Shown piece by piece: positions 19,942-29,224 of a stretch of DNA of 64,000 bases (positions within the stretch are counted from its first letter, which is position 1; the number at the start of each line of letters is the position of its first letter). The translations under genes and the position numbers were made by a program. Under the pieces are notes generated by a model. That model was not told where the DNA came from, did not search any database, and was given only the letters and a program-made list of their open reading frames with translations. Source of the stretch: Pararhodobacter sp. (GTDB lineage Bacteria; Pseudomonadota; Alphaproteobacteria; Rhodobacterales; Rhodobacteraceae); the NCBI GenBank assembly GCA_020832805.1, contig JAFIED010000006.1, positions 15,336 to 79,335 of the forward strand, in the 5' to 3' direction.

Positions 19942-21183
19942 ATGCGCGAAGTTTTCGTGGTTGGTGTCGGCATGACGCCCTTTGGCCGCTGGCCGGATCG
20001 CAGCGTGGGCGACATGGCACAGGATGCGGTGCGCGCGGCACTGGCCGATTGCGGGCTGGGGCCGGAGGCGGTGCAATCCATCGCCTTTGCCAATGCCGTT
20101 CAGGGCGCGATGGAGGGGCAGTTCGGCATTCGCGGACAGATCGCGCTGCAAGAGATGCCCTTTGATGCCGTGCCCATCATCAATGTCGAAAACGCCTGTG
20201 CCAGCGCCTCGACCGCGTTCAACATCGCGCTCAGCCAGATCCGCGCGGGCGAGGTGGATGTGGCGCTGGCGGTGGGGTCGGAAAAGATGGTGCATGCCGA
20301 TGGCGCCCTGTCCATGGCGGCGTTCGAGGGCAGCTGGGACCGCGCCCGCCGCGATGCCACCATCGAACGGCTGACGGCGCTGGGCCACGGCATGCCCACA
20401 CCGCCTGAACAGGCGGCGCGCGAATCGCCGCGCACGGTGTTCATGGATGTCTATGCTGCCTTTACCAAATACCACATGGCCCGATTCGGCACCACGCAGC
20501 GGCAGATGGCGGCGGTGGCGGCGAAGAACCACAATCATTCGGTGCACAATCCCCTGTCGCAATACCGCAAGCCCTTTACCGTCGACGAGGTCTTGCAGGC
20601 CCGGCTGATCGCCTGGCCGCTGACGCTGCCGATGTGTTCGCCGATCAGCGACGGGGCGGCGGCGGCGGTGCTGGTATCCGGCGAGGCGTTGAAGCGGTTG
20701 GGGCTTTTGCGCGCGGTGCGGGTGCGCGCGCAGGTGCTGATGAACGGCGGCAGGCGGGCGCCCGATCAGGTAGAGCGCCATATCTCGCACCGCGCGGCGC
20801 ATCGGGCCTACGAACTGGCCGGGCTGGGGCCGGAGGATGTGGATGTGGCCGAATGCCACGACGCCACCGCCTTTGGCGAGATCCAGCAAAGCGAGAATAT
20901 GGGCTTCTTCGCCTTTGGCGAGGGCGGGCCGGCGGCGGAGCGCGGCGAGACGAGCCTTGGCGGGCGCATTCCCTTCAACCCCTCGGGCGGGCTGGAATCA
21001 AAGGGCCACCCCATCGGCGCCACCGGGCTGGGGCAGATATTCGAACTGGTGACACAGTTGCGCGGCGAGGCAGGCAAGCGGCAGGTCGAAGGGGCGCGGA
21101 TTGCGTTGCAGGAGAACGGCGGCGGGCTGATGGGCGTGGAAGAGGCCGCAGTGGCCGTAACTTTGCTGGAGCGCGCAACATGA
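19942..21183 (+). CDS. thiolase family protein (SCP-x / lipid-transfer type)
   Basis: VENACASASTA, CSPISDGAAA, AECHDAT, SKGHPIGATG. Confidence 0.92.
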   Translation: MREVFVVGVGMTPFGRWPDRSVGDMAQDAVRAALADCGLGPEAVQSIAFANAVQGAMEGQFGIRGQIALQEMPFDAVPIINVENACASASTAFNIALSQIRAGEVDVALAVGSEKMVHADGALSMAAFEGSWDRARRDATIERLTALGHGMPTPPEQAARESPRTVFMDVYAAFTKYHMARFGTTQRQMAAVAAKNHNHSVHNPLSQYRKPFTVDEVLQARLIAWPLTLPMCSPISDGAAAAVLVSGEALKRLGLLRAVRVRAQVLMNGGRRAPDQVERHISHRAAHRAYELAGLGPEDVDVAECHDATAFGEIQQSENMGFFAFGEGGPAAERGETSLGGRIPFNPSGGLESKGHPIGATGLGQIFELVTQLRGEAGKRQVEGARIALQENGGGLMGVEEAAVAVTLLERAT

Positions 21184-22733
21184 GCCTGGCGATTCTGCTG
21201 GCCAATGCCGCCCGGCGCCACGCAGATAGCCCGGCGGTTTCCGTTGGTTTGCAGACCGTGTTGACCTATGGCCAGATGGGGGCGCGGGCGGCGGCGCTGG
21301 CCGGTGGCATGATGGCGCGTCACGGGCTGCGGCCGGGTGACCGCGTGGCGCTGGCCCTGCGCAACTGCCCGGAGTACCTGGAAATCCTGTTTGGCTGCTG
21401 GCATGCGGGGCTGGTTGCCGCACCGATGAACGCAAAGCTGCATGCGCAAGAGCTGGCTTATATGGCCGGCGACTGTGGCGCACGGCTGGTTGTTGCAGAT
21501 GATGATATCGCTGCGGCACTGGCCCCACATCTGCCCGGGGTGCCGCAGCTGGTGCCCGGCAGCGCTGCGTATCGGCGCCTGCTGGCAGGTGATCCGCTGC
21601 CGCTGTACCCGGTTGACCCGGCCGATGCCGCCTGGCTGTTCTACACCTCGGGCACCACCGGCAAGCCCAAGGGCGCGATGCTTTCCCACCGCAACCTGAT
21701 GGCCATGGCCATCGGTTATCTGGCCGATGTCGATGCGCTGGACGAACGCGACGGCTTGATCCATCTGGCGGCGACCTCGCATGCCTCGGGCCTGTTCGGC
21801 CTGTCCTTTGTTGCCAAGGGGGCGAACAACATCCTGCCCGAATCGGGCGGTTATGACGGCAACGAACTGGCGGGGTTGATCGGCGCGCGTGCGCGTCTCA
21901 GCTTTTTCGTGCCGCCGACCCTTTTGCGCCGCATGGTTGCCGATCCCGTTCTGCTGGCCGCCCCGAATCAGAATATCCGCACGATCCTGCTGGGTGCCGC
22001 GCCGGTCTTTGCCCAGGATTTGCGGGCGGGCGTCCAGGCGTTCGGCCCACGGCTGTGGAACGGCTATGGCCAGGGCGAAAGCCCCTGCACCATTACCGCC
22101 ATGAGCCAGCGCGACATTGCCGATGCACTGGCGGTGGGCAACGAAAGCCGGCTTGCCTCGGTCGGCACGGCGCGCAGCGGCACACAAGTGATCGTTGCCG
22201 ACGACCAGGGGCAGCCGTTGCCGCCCGGTGCGACCGGCGAGGTTCTGGTGCGGGGCGAAACCGTCATGGCCGGCTACTGGAACCGGCCGGAAGCCACGGC
22301 AGAGACCCTGCACAAGGGCTGGCTGAAAACCGGCGACATGGGCCGGATGGACGATGCCGGCTTCCTTTGGCTGCTGGACCGCCGAAAGGATGTCATCATC
22401 TCGGGCGGGGTGAACATCTATGCCAGGGAAATCGAAGATGTCCTGCACGATCACCCTGGTATCGCCGAGGCCGCCGTGGTCGGCCAGCCGGACCCTGAAT
22501 GGGGTGAAAGCGTGGTGGCCTTTGTCGTGCCCAGCCCCGGCGCGACAAGCGATCCCGCGGCATGGGAACAGATGCTGGCGGAACGGCTGGCCCGGTTCAA
22601 GCGCCCGCGCCACTGGCGGATCGTCGACACCTTGCCAAAGAACGCAGCCGGCAAGGTTCTGAAACGCCAGTTGCGCGCCGACCTTGCAACCCAATCCGGC
22701 GGCACCGACCAGGCCGCGTGGGTGCGAAGATAA
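21180..22733 (+). CDS. AMP-binding acyl-CoA synthetase
   Basis: YTSGTTGKPKG, YGQGE, TGDMG, DRRKDVIISGG, LPKNAAGKV; ATGA overlap with thiolase. Confidence 0.93.
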   Translation: MSLAILLANAARRHADSPAVSVGLQTVLTYGQMGARAAALAGGMMARHGLRPGDRVALALRNCPEYLEILFGCWHAGLVAAPMNAKLHAQELAYMAGDCGARLVVADDDIAAALAPHLPGVPQLVPGSAAYRRLLAGDPLPLYPVDPADAAWLFYTSGTTGKPKGAMLSHRNLMAMAIGYLADVDALDERDGLIHLAATSHASGLFGLSFVAKGANNILPESGGYDGNELAGLIGARARLSFFVPPTLLRRMVADPVLLAAPNQNIRTILLGAAPVFAQDLRAGVQAFGPRLWNGYGQGESPCTITAMSQRDIADALAVGNESRLASVGTARSGTQVIVADDQGQPLPPGATGEVLVRGETVMAGYWNRPEATAETLHKGWLKTGDMGRMDDAGFLWLLDRRKDVIISGGVNIYAREIEDVLHDHPGIAEAAVVGQPDPEWGESVVAFVVPSPGATSDPAAWEQMLAERLARFKRPRHWRIVDTLPKNAAGKVLKRQLRADLATQSGGTDQAAWVRR

Positions 22734-22758
22734 TTGTTCGACAATTTTGTATGAGACT
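22733..22758. promoter_or_regulatory. tandem operator boxes, site 3
   Basis: ATTGTTCGACAAT + degenerate TTTGTATGAGACT, immediately followed by TTGACA (-35-like, 22761) upstream of the core operon. Confidence 0.75.
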
Positions 22759-22858
22759 TGTTGACAGGGCGGGATCGAACCGTCAGTCTGACGCCAACGA
22801 ACCAGGAGGGGAGCCCGGTTCGTGAGACCCGGAAAAGCAGCGCCAGAGGGAGGAAGCG

Positions 22859-23608
22859 ATGGCAAAGCTATACGTGGATAACGACAAGTTCGGTTATCAA
22901 TCCGCCTCGCCCACGGTCGAGGCGTTCCATGCCGCCATCAAGGACATCGTGCGCCGCAAGCTGGACGACTGCGGCGGCGACTGGGACAGTTTTGTCTTTG
23001 ACAAGTCCTATGACCTGATCACCGCCGAAGACATGGCAAGCGTCGAACAGATGCTGCTGGACGCCGGGCACAAGTTCGACTGGTCAGCGGCGATCAGCCC
23101 GCGCGAGAAACCTGAAATCTACAAGCCCGCCGCCGGCGTGTCGGACGAGGACATGGCCACCTTCAGCTTCGAACACCCCGAGGCGAAAACGGCCGATGCC
23201 GATGCTGACGGGCGCGAATTGCGCGGCATTGGCGACAATGTGGCGCAGTATCCGCAGAACTGCAGCGGCACCGCGCGCTACATCCGGTCGCCCGATCAGG
23301 TGCTGAAATACCTGAACGAGGGCGTGCCGGCCGACACCATCGCCATCATCGACGATTCGGGCGGCACGCTGACCGCGCCCATCCTTGAGCATTTCAAGGG
23401 CGTGATCTGCGCCGGCGGGTCCACGCGGTCGCATCTGGGCATCCTCACGCGCGAATACGGCGTGCCATGCCTGATGAATGCCAAGATCAGCGGCATCCGG
23501 CAGGGCGATATCGTCGAGATCGAGGTGACCGCCAAGGCCAAGACGGCAGAAGCCTATCAGACCGGGGTCGAGATGACCGCCAATGTCTGGCGGCTGAACA
23601 AGGCCTGA
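22859..23608 (+). CDS. PEP-utilising enzyme mobile (phospho-His swivel) domain protein with unknown N-terminal domain
   Basis: GVICAGGSTRSHLGILTREYGVPC (His192) matches the T/S-S-H-x-x-I-x-x-R-E-x-G-x-P phosphohistidine signature. Confidence 0.88.
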   Translation: MAKLYVDNDKFGYQSASPTVEAFHAAIKDIVRRKLDDCGGDWDSFVFDKSYDLITAEDMASVEQMLLDAGHKFDWSAAISPREKPEIYKPAAGVSDEDMATFSFEHPEAKTADADADGRELRGIGDNVAQYPQNCSGTARYIRSPDQVLKYLNEGVPADTIAIIDDSGGTLTAPILEHFKGVICAGGSTRSHLGILTREYGVPCLMNAKISGIRQGDIVEIEVTAKAKTAEAYQTGVEMTANVWRLNKA

Positions 23609-23644
23609 TCCAAGCGCCGGCGCACAATCTGGGAGGAGTTACCA

Positions 23645-25201
23645 ATGGCGCAGAATCGCATTTCATACGCGCAACTGCTTGAAACCAACAACATGATGCA
23701 GACCTGCTCTGACGAGACCTATTGGCTCTGCGTTACCCGCACGGTGCAGGAATCAAAGCTGTTTCCCGTGCCTGCCTACATGATGCTCAGCTATCTGAAC
23801 GCCTTTTACCGCTACCCGTCGCTGTTGAAAAAGATCGAAAGCCGCATGTCGGCCGAGGAGATCGGCGACCGGGCGCGCAACATGGGCATGAAGATTCAGA
23901 ACCCGTCGATGGGCTGGGCGCTGCCGGGCTTTTATCTGCTGGGCCGCGAATGGCTGATCAACATGGGCCTGCTGAAGCCCACGGACGCCATCGAGGATGT
24001 GGTCTATGTGATGGATTTCTGGAAGCGTTTCCAGCTGTCCTGGCACCGCAACGACGGGCACATCACCAACAAGGAATACGGCCACCGCGCGCAGGTGCTG
24101 CCCGAAAGCCGGGTGCAGGTCTTTCATGCCGACATGTATGACTGCGTCGAGGGGGACGAGCTGCACGAAGCCGCGCAGACCTTCATGGCCTCGGCCAGCC
24201 AGTACGGGTTCCTGATCTCCTGCGAAAGCCGCATCAGCCTGCACAATTCCGGCCCCTACAAGCTGGCCGACGACCGCGAAATGATCGTGCGCGACTTCAT
24301 GGACCTGTCGGAATCGGATTTCCCCTGGCTGGATGACGTCGCTGCGGGCGTGCCGCATAACAACATCACCGTGACAATGGCGGTAAAGGACTGCCATTTC
24401 TATCTGGTCGATGACTGGGGCTCGTTCGAGGCGCAGCCGGAATTCAAGGCCGACAAACTGGTGGGCGTGGGGCTTTACACCTCTGACAACCTGTCGGATG
24501 GCTACATGCCGCTGGGCATGGAATCGCGCGAGGCGCTCATCGCCAAGTTCAACGAGTTGAACGCCCAGGTAAAGGACGCCACCACCCAGCTGTGGAAGCG
24601 CATCGCCGCCTGGTCGCGCGACCAGATGATCGACGCCGGCGCGATCACCTATTTCGCCATCATCAAGGATCTGGCCCATGTCGCCGGTGTCTACGACGTC
24701 GACGACTGGATGAAGATCGACGAGCGCGCCGAACGCTTCCGCCCGCTGCTGAACGACGAATTCAGCCGTGACGCGCTGGGCGAGCTGGTGGGTCTGGTAT
24801 CGCATCCCAGCCAGCAGGTGATGGAATACACCATGGCGATGCATTCCAACAAACCGGTGCGGATGTATTCCAACATCCCCTATTCGGTACTGGCGGGCGA
24901 GCCCTACACGGCCTCCAGCGGGCCGGTCTATCCGGGCATCACCTATCTGCCGGAAAAGAAGGATGCCTATACCACCACGCGCGGGCGCATGACCCTGGCC
25001 GAATACAACAAGGCAAGCCGGGAATTCACGCCGCCAACGCTGACCGACAAGTACCGCCACCTGTGCGACACCTGGGTGAAATACAATGCCGGCAGCGAAC
25101 TGGCCGACGAGATGTACAAGCTCGAACAGGCCCGGTCGCGCAACCTGAAGGGCAAGGGATCGTCGCTGAAACGCGCCGATGTCGAAAAGCTGCGCGGCTG
25201 A
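23645..25201 (+). CDS. conserved hypothetical protein (518 aa), candidate substrate-binding subunit of a split dikinase
   Basis: GGAGGAG RBS, strong GC3 codon bias, globular composition; no motif recognised; function inferred only from context. Confidence 0.85.
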   Translation: MAQNRISYAQLLETNNMMQTCSDETYWLCVTRTVQESKLFPVPAYMMLSYLNAFYRYPSLLKKIESRMSAEEIGDRARNMGMKIQNPSMGWALPGFYLLGREWLINMGLLKPTDAIEDVVYVMDFWKRFQLSWHRNDGHITNKEYGHRAQVLPESRVQVFHADMYDCVEGDELHEAAQTFMASASQYGFLISCESRISLHNSGPYKLADDREMIVRDFMDLSESDFPWLDDVAAGVPHNNITVTMAVKDCHFYLVDDWGSFEAQPEFKADKLVGVGLYTSDNLSDGYMPLGMESREALIAKFNELNAQVKDATTQLWKRIAAWSRDQMIDAGAITYFAIIKDLAHVAGVYDVDDWMKIDERAERFRPLLNDEFSRDALGELVGLVSHPSQQVMEYTMAMHSNKPVRMYSNIPYSVLAGEPYTASSGPVYPGITYLPEKKDAYTTTRGRMTLAEYNKASREFTPPTLTDKYRHLCDTWVKYNAGSELADEMYKLEQARSRNLKGKGSSLKRADVEKLRG

Positions 25202-25218
25202 ACCCCGCCCGGCGCCCC

Positions 25219-25247
25219 GCCCCGGCCGCTTGCTCCCCGGCCGGGGC
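25219..25247 (+). other. intra-operon GC-rich hairpin (attenuator or mRNA stabiliser)
   Basis: GCCCCGGCCG-N9-CGGCCGGGGC followed by CTTT after the 518-aa gene. Confidence 0.4.
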
Positions 25248-25276
25248 CTTTCGCACGAAACACACGGAACAGGACG

Positions 25277-26764
25277 ATGCAGATCGGCTCTCTCATCCGC
25301 CGGGCGGCGGTGCATTTCGGTGATGCCCCCTGCCTGACCGAAGGCGCACGCAGTTTCAGCTACCGCGACTTCGACGCGGCCACCGACCGGCTGGGCAATG
25401 CGCTGCTTGCCAGCGGGTTGCAGCCGGGTGACCGGGTGGGTGTGCTGCTGCCCAATTCCATCGAATGCCTGATCGCCTATTACGCGCTGGCCAAGGCCGG
25501 GCTGGTGCGCGTGTCGCTGAACACGCGCGAGACACTGGAAAACCACAACTACAAACTGGCCGACAGCGGATCGCGTGCCGTGATCCATCAGGATATCGAC
25601 GGCTTGCAGGTAGAGCGCGCCATCGGTGCGGCCGAACTGGCACAGATGATCGCGGGCGGCGATGCCACCCCCTGCGCCATCGACCGCGACCTGGATGCGC
25701 CCCTGCGGCTGGGCTATACCGGGGGCACCACCGGCCAGCCGAAGGCGGTGACGCTGACCACGCGCGGCGAACTGGCCGAGCTCAGTGCGTTTCTGACCGA
25801 CCTGATGCCCGATATCCGCCCCGGCGACACCTTTTTGCATGCCGCGCCTATCGCCCATGCCTCGGGCGCGTTTTTCCTGCCCGCCATCACCTGTGGTGCG
25901 CGCTCTCTCATCATGCCGAAGTTCGATGCCGCCGAGTTCCTGGCACTTGCCGCGCGCGAACAGGCAAGCCTGACCTTTCTTGTACCCACGATGCTGGCCA
26001 TGATCATGGAGGCACCCGGCATCGACAGCGCGCAACTGAATTTCCGGCGCATCGCCTATGGCGCCTCGCCCATCTCGCCCACGCTGCTGGAACGCGCCGA
26101 GGCCCGGTTTGGCCGTGTCTTTGCCCAGACCTATGGCCAGGCCGAAAGCCCCATGGTGATCACCTGCCTGAAACCCGAAGACCATGACCGCATCGGCTCT
26201 TGCGGGCGGCCTTTCACCATCGTCGAGGTCGCGGTCTTTGACGACAACGACCAGCCCCTGCCGCCGGGCGAAAAGGGCGAGATCGTGTGTCGCGGCCCGC
26301 AGACCATGGCCTATTACTGGAACCGGCCAGAGGCGACGGAAAAGGCATTTCGCAACGGCTGGCTGCATACCGGCGACATCGGCACCATGGACGAGGACGG
26401 CTTCTTCTACATCCTCGACCGCAAGAACGACATGCTGATTTCCGGCGGCTTCAACGTCTACCCGCGCGAGGTGGAAGAGGTGCTGATGGCCTATCCCGGC
26501 GTGGTCGAAGCCGCCGTGGTGGGCCTGCCGGATGACACCTATGGCGAACGGGTCCATGCCGTTGTTTCGGGTCGCGCGGGACTGGATGCGCAGGCAATCC
26601 TTGAACACGCGCGCGGGCAGCTGGCGGGCTACAAGCGGCCGCGCGGCATCGACATCTGGCCAGAGCTGCCAAAGAGTTCGGCCAACAAGATTTTGCGGCG
26701 CGCGGTCCGTGACCGGCTGATCACCGAGGCCGGCACCCAGCCCGCCGCCGCCGCACAGGATTGA
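25277..26764 (+). CDS. AMP-binding acyl-CoA synthetase
   Basis: YTGGTTGQPK, YGQAE, WLHTGDIG, DRKNDMLISGGFNVYPREVE, LPKSSANKI. Confidence 0.93.
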   Translation: MQIGSLIRRAAVHFGDAPCLTEGARSFSYRDFDAATDRLGNALLASGLQPGDRVGVLLPNSIECLIAYYALAKAGLVRVSLNTRETLENHNYKLADSGSRAVIHQDIDGLQVERAIGAAELAQMIAGGDATPCAIDRDLDAPLRLGYTGGTTGQPKAVTLTTRGELAELSAFLTDLMPDIRPGDTFLHAAPIAHASGAFFLPAITCGARSLIMPKFDAAEFLALAAREQASLTFLVPTMLAMIMEAPGIDSAQLNFRRIAYGASPISPTLLERAEARFGRVFAQTYGQAESPMVITCLKPEDHDRIGSCGRPFTIVEVAVFDDNDQPLPPGEKGEIVCRGPQTMAYYWNRPEATEKAFRNGWLHTGDIGTMDEDGFFYILDRKNDMLISGGFNVYPREVEEVLMAYPGVVEAAVVGLPDDTYGERVHAVVSGRAGLDAQAILEHARGQLAGYKRPRGIDIWPELPKSSANKILRRAVRDRLITEAGTQPAAAAQD

Positions 26765-26777
26765 GGGAGGAAAGACC

Positions 26778-27383
26778 ATGCAACAGATGCATCTTGCCCT
26801 GCACGGGCTGGCCATCAAGAAACACGGCAGCCCCGCCGAAGTGGCCGCCATCGTGGGTTTGGATGAAGGCACCGCCGCCACCCTGCTGGACCAGGCCGCC
26901 GCCAACGGCCGCGCGGCCAGGGCGGGCGAGGCCAAATTCATGCTGACCGCGCCCGCGCAGATGGCCCTGCGCATGGAATACGGCAGGCTTTACGCCGATC
27001 TGCGCGCCAATGACGCCATGAACGCCGCCTATGACCGGTTCGAAAAGGTCAATGCCGACCTGAAGCAGTTGATCACCGACTGGCAGACAATCGAAGTGGC
27101 AGGCTCGCGCGTGCCCAATGATCATTCGGACAAGGCCTATGACGCGCGCATCATCGACCGGCTGGGCGCGCTGCACGAAGCTGCAGAACAGGTGATCGGC
27201 CAGATGGCGGCGCATCTGCCGCGCCTGTCGGTCTATGGCGATCTGCTGACCGAGGCGCTGGAAAAGGCCGAGGACGGCGCGCATGAATGGGTCAGCGACG
27301 CCAAGCTGCCAAGCTATCACACCGTCTGGTTCGAGATGCACGAGGACCTTCTGCGCATTCTCGGGCGCGAGCGCGATGAATAA
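26778..27383 (+). CDS. winged-HTH protein resembling mycobacterial Rv1126c (partner of truncated PpdK)
   Basis: N-terminal LHGLAIKK..AEVAAIVG wHTH-like segment; C-terminal SYHTVWFEMHEDLL motif recalled from the protein encoded beside mycobacterial ppdK; overlaps the ppdK-like start. Confidence 0.7.
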   Translation: MQQMHLALHGLAIKKHGSPAEVAAIVGLDEGTAATLLDQAAANGRAARAGEAKFMLTAPAQMALRMEYGRLYADLRANDAMNAAYDRFEKVNADLKQLITDWQTIEVAGSRVPNDHSDKAYDARIIDRLGALHEAAEQVIGQMAAHLPRLSVYGDLLTEALEKAEDGAHEWVSDAKLPSYHTVWFEMHEDLLRILGRERDE

Positions 27384-29196
27384 ACCGATGACCATCACCC
27401 CCCCCCATTCCGGCCATGACGGCCGCTGGACACTGACGCTGGACGGCGCAGAGTTGCCCCCGGCATCATTGATCGGCGGCAAGGCTTGGTCGGTGGCGCG
27501 CATGCTGTCATTGGGGCTGCCGGTGCCTCCCGCATTCGTCATCACCACCGAAGCCTGCCGCGCCTATCTGGCCAGCGGCGCCATGCCCGCCGGTCTGGAA
27601 GACCAGATCCGCGACGGCATACGCGACCTGGAGGCCCGCACAGGCCATGCCTTTGGCGGCCCCGGCGTGCCGCTTCTGGTCTCGGTGCGTTCCGGCGCGC
27701 CGATTTCCATGCCGGGAATGATGGACACCATCCTGAATCTGGGCATTTCCGACGAGACCGAGGCGCATCTGGCACAGGCGACAGGCGATGCCGGCTTCGC
27801 GCGCGACACGCATCGCCGCTTCTATGACCTTTACGCCAGCATCGTCTGCAAGGCCGTTGGCGCCGAATTCGATGCCGATGCCGGGTCGGCCGACTGGGAT
27901 GCCGTGCTGCAGGCGGCGACCGGCCAGACCATGCCCGAAACCGTCGAGGAACGCCTGTTCGCAGCGGTCCGCGCGGTCTTTGAAAGCTGGAACGCACGGC
28001 GCGCCAGGCGCTATCGTCAGCACCATGGCATACCGGACGATCTGGGCACCGCCGTCACCATTCAGGCCATGGTATTCGGCAATCTGGACGCCAACAGCGG
28101 CACCGGCGTGCTGTTCAGCCGCAACCCGCTGACCGGCGCGCGCGAGCCTTACGGCGAATACCTGCCGCGCGCGCAGGGCGAGGATGTGGTATCGGGCAAG
28201 TTCACGCCCGAACCCCTGTCGCGTATGGCCGAGCACGAACCGCAGGCCCATGCCGATCTTCTGCGCGCGGCAGAGGTCCTGGAACGTGAGAACGGTGATG
28301 TTCAGGATATCGAATTCACCGTGCAGCATGGCAAGCTCTACCTGTTGCAGACCCGCGCTGCCAAGCGCGCGCCGGATGCGGCCGTGCAGATCGCGGCGGA
28401 CATGGTCGCCGACGGCACAATCACCCCGCAAAAGGCCCTGAGCCGGGTATCCGCCGCGCAGGTGCGCAGCCTTCTGGCCCCGCGCCTGACACGGGCACCG
28501 GGCCCGGAAACAGAGGTGCTGGCACAGGGTGAAGGCGCCAGCCCCGGTGTGGGCCGCGGCATTGCCGTGACCGATGCCGATGAGGCCGAACAGCGCGCCG
28601 CGCAGGGCGAAGAGGTTGTGCTGGTGCGCGCCATCACCAGCCCCGAGGATGTGCATGGCATGATCGTGGCGCGCGCCGTGGTCACCGAAACCGGCGGCTC
28701 TACCTCGCATGCCGCGGTGGTGGGGCGCGCGTTGGGTCTGCCGTCGGTGGTGGGCTGCGGCGCGGGCGTGGTCGATGCGTTGAAGGGCCGCGAAATCACG
28801 GTCGAGGGCAGCATGGGCAAGGTCTTTGCCGGGCTGCTGGACGTATCCACCCCCGACGAGCGCAGCGATCCACGTCTGGCGCAATTGACCGAATGGGCGC
28901 GCGCCGCCAGCCCCTTGCGCGTCCTGCGCCCTGACGAGGTGCCTGCTGGCAGCGATGTGCAGGACCTGTCGCATGTCGAAGGGGGCGAAGACCCCCAGCA
29001 GATTGGCCGTGTCCTGCAAGGCGTGCGCGCCGCCCAGGGGGGGGCCATCGGGTCTGACGAAGGGGTGCGCGCCGCCATGGATCAGGGGCTCGAATTCATC
29101 GTCTGTACCCCGGTGCTGCCGGCCCTTCTGGCTGCCGTGCATTACGCCGCCGAACAGGCCGGCCAGATGACAGACACCCAACCCGCCGTTGACTGA
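27376..29196 (+). CDS. pyruvate,phosphate dikinase-like protein lacking the C-terminal PEP/pyruvate barrel (606 aa)
   Basis: GGKA, LLVSVRSGA..SMPGMMDTILNLG, QAMVFGN, SGTGVLFSRNP, QGEDVVSG, DIEFT..LQTR, GGSTSHAAVVGR (His445); only a short tail follows the swivel domain. Confidence 0.92.
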   Translation: MNKPMTITPPHSGHDGRWTLTLDGAELPPASLIGGKAWSVARMLSLGLPVPPAFVITTEACRAYLASGAMPAGLEDQIRDGIRDLEARTGHAFGGPGVPLLVSVRSGAPISMPGMMDTILNLGISDETEAHLAQATGDAGFARDTHRRFYDLYASIVCKAVGAEFDADAGSADWDAVLQAATGQTMPETVEERLFAAVRAVFESWNARRARRYRQHHGIPDDLGTAVTIQAMVFGNLDANSGTGVLFSRNPLTGAREPYGEYLPRAQGEDVVSGKFTPEPLSRMAEHEPQAHADLLRAAEVLERENGDVQDIEFTVQHGKLYLLQTRAAKRAPDAAVQIAADMVADGTITPQKALSRVSAAQVRSLLAPRLTRAPGPETEVLAQGEGASPGVGRGIAVTDADEAEQRAAQGEEVVLVRAITSPEDVHGMIVARAVVTETGGSTSHAAVVGRALGLPSVVGCGAGVVDALKGREITVEGSMGKVFAGLLDVSTPDERSDPRLAQLTEWARAASPLRVLRPDEVPAGSDVQDLSHVEGGEDPQQIGRVLQGVRAAQGGAIGSDEGVRAAMDQGLEFIVCTPVLPALLAAVHYAAEQAGQMTDTQPAVD

Positions 29197-29224
29197 CCGG
29201 CGTTTTCAGACAAGCGAGGCCCGC

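Noticed and set aside
23753-26974. 1073-aa ORF on the minus strand
   Set aside because: Antisense shadow of the well-supported plus-strand genes; long stop-free antisense frames are expected with strong GC3 bias, and it has no motifs.
27376-29196. Calling this gene ppdK or a pseudogene
   Set aside because: There is no pyruvate barrel, so ppdK is unsupported. There is also no frameshifted remnant, the catalytic motifs are intact and the genes are tightly packed, so pseudogene is unsupported too.
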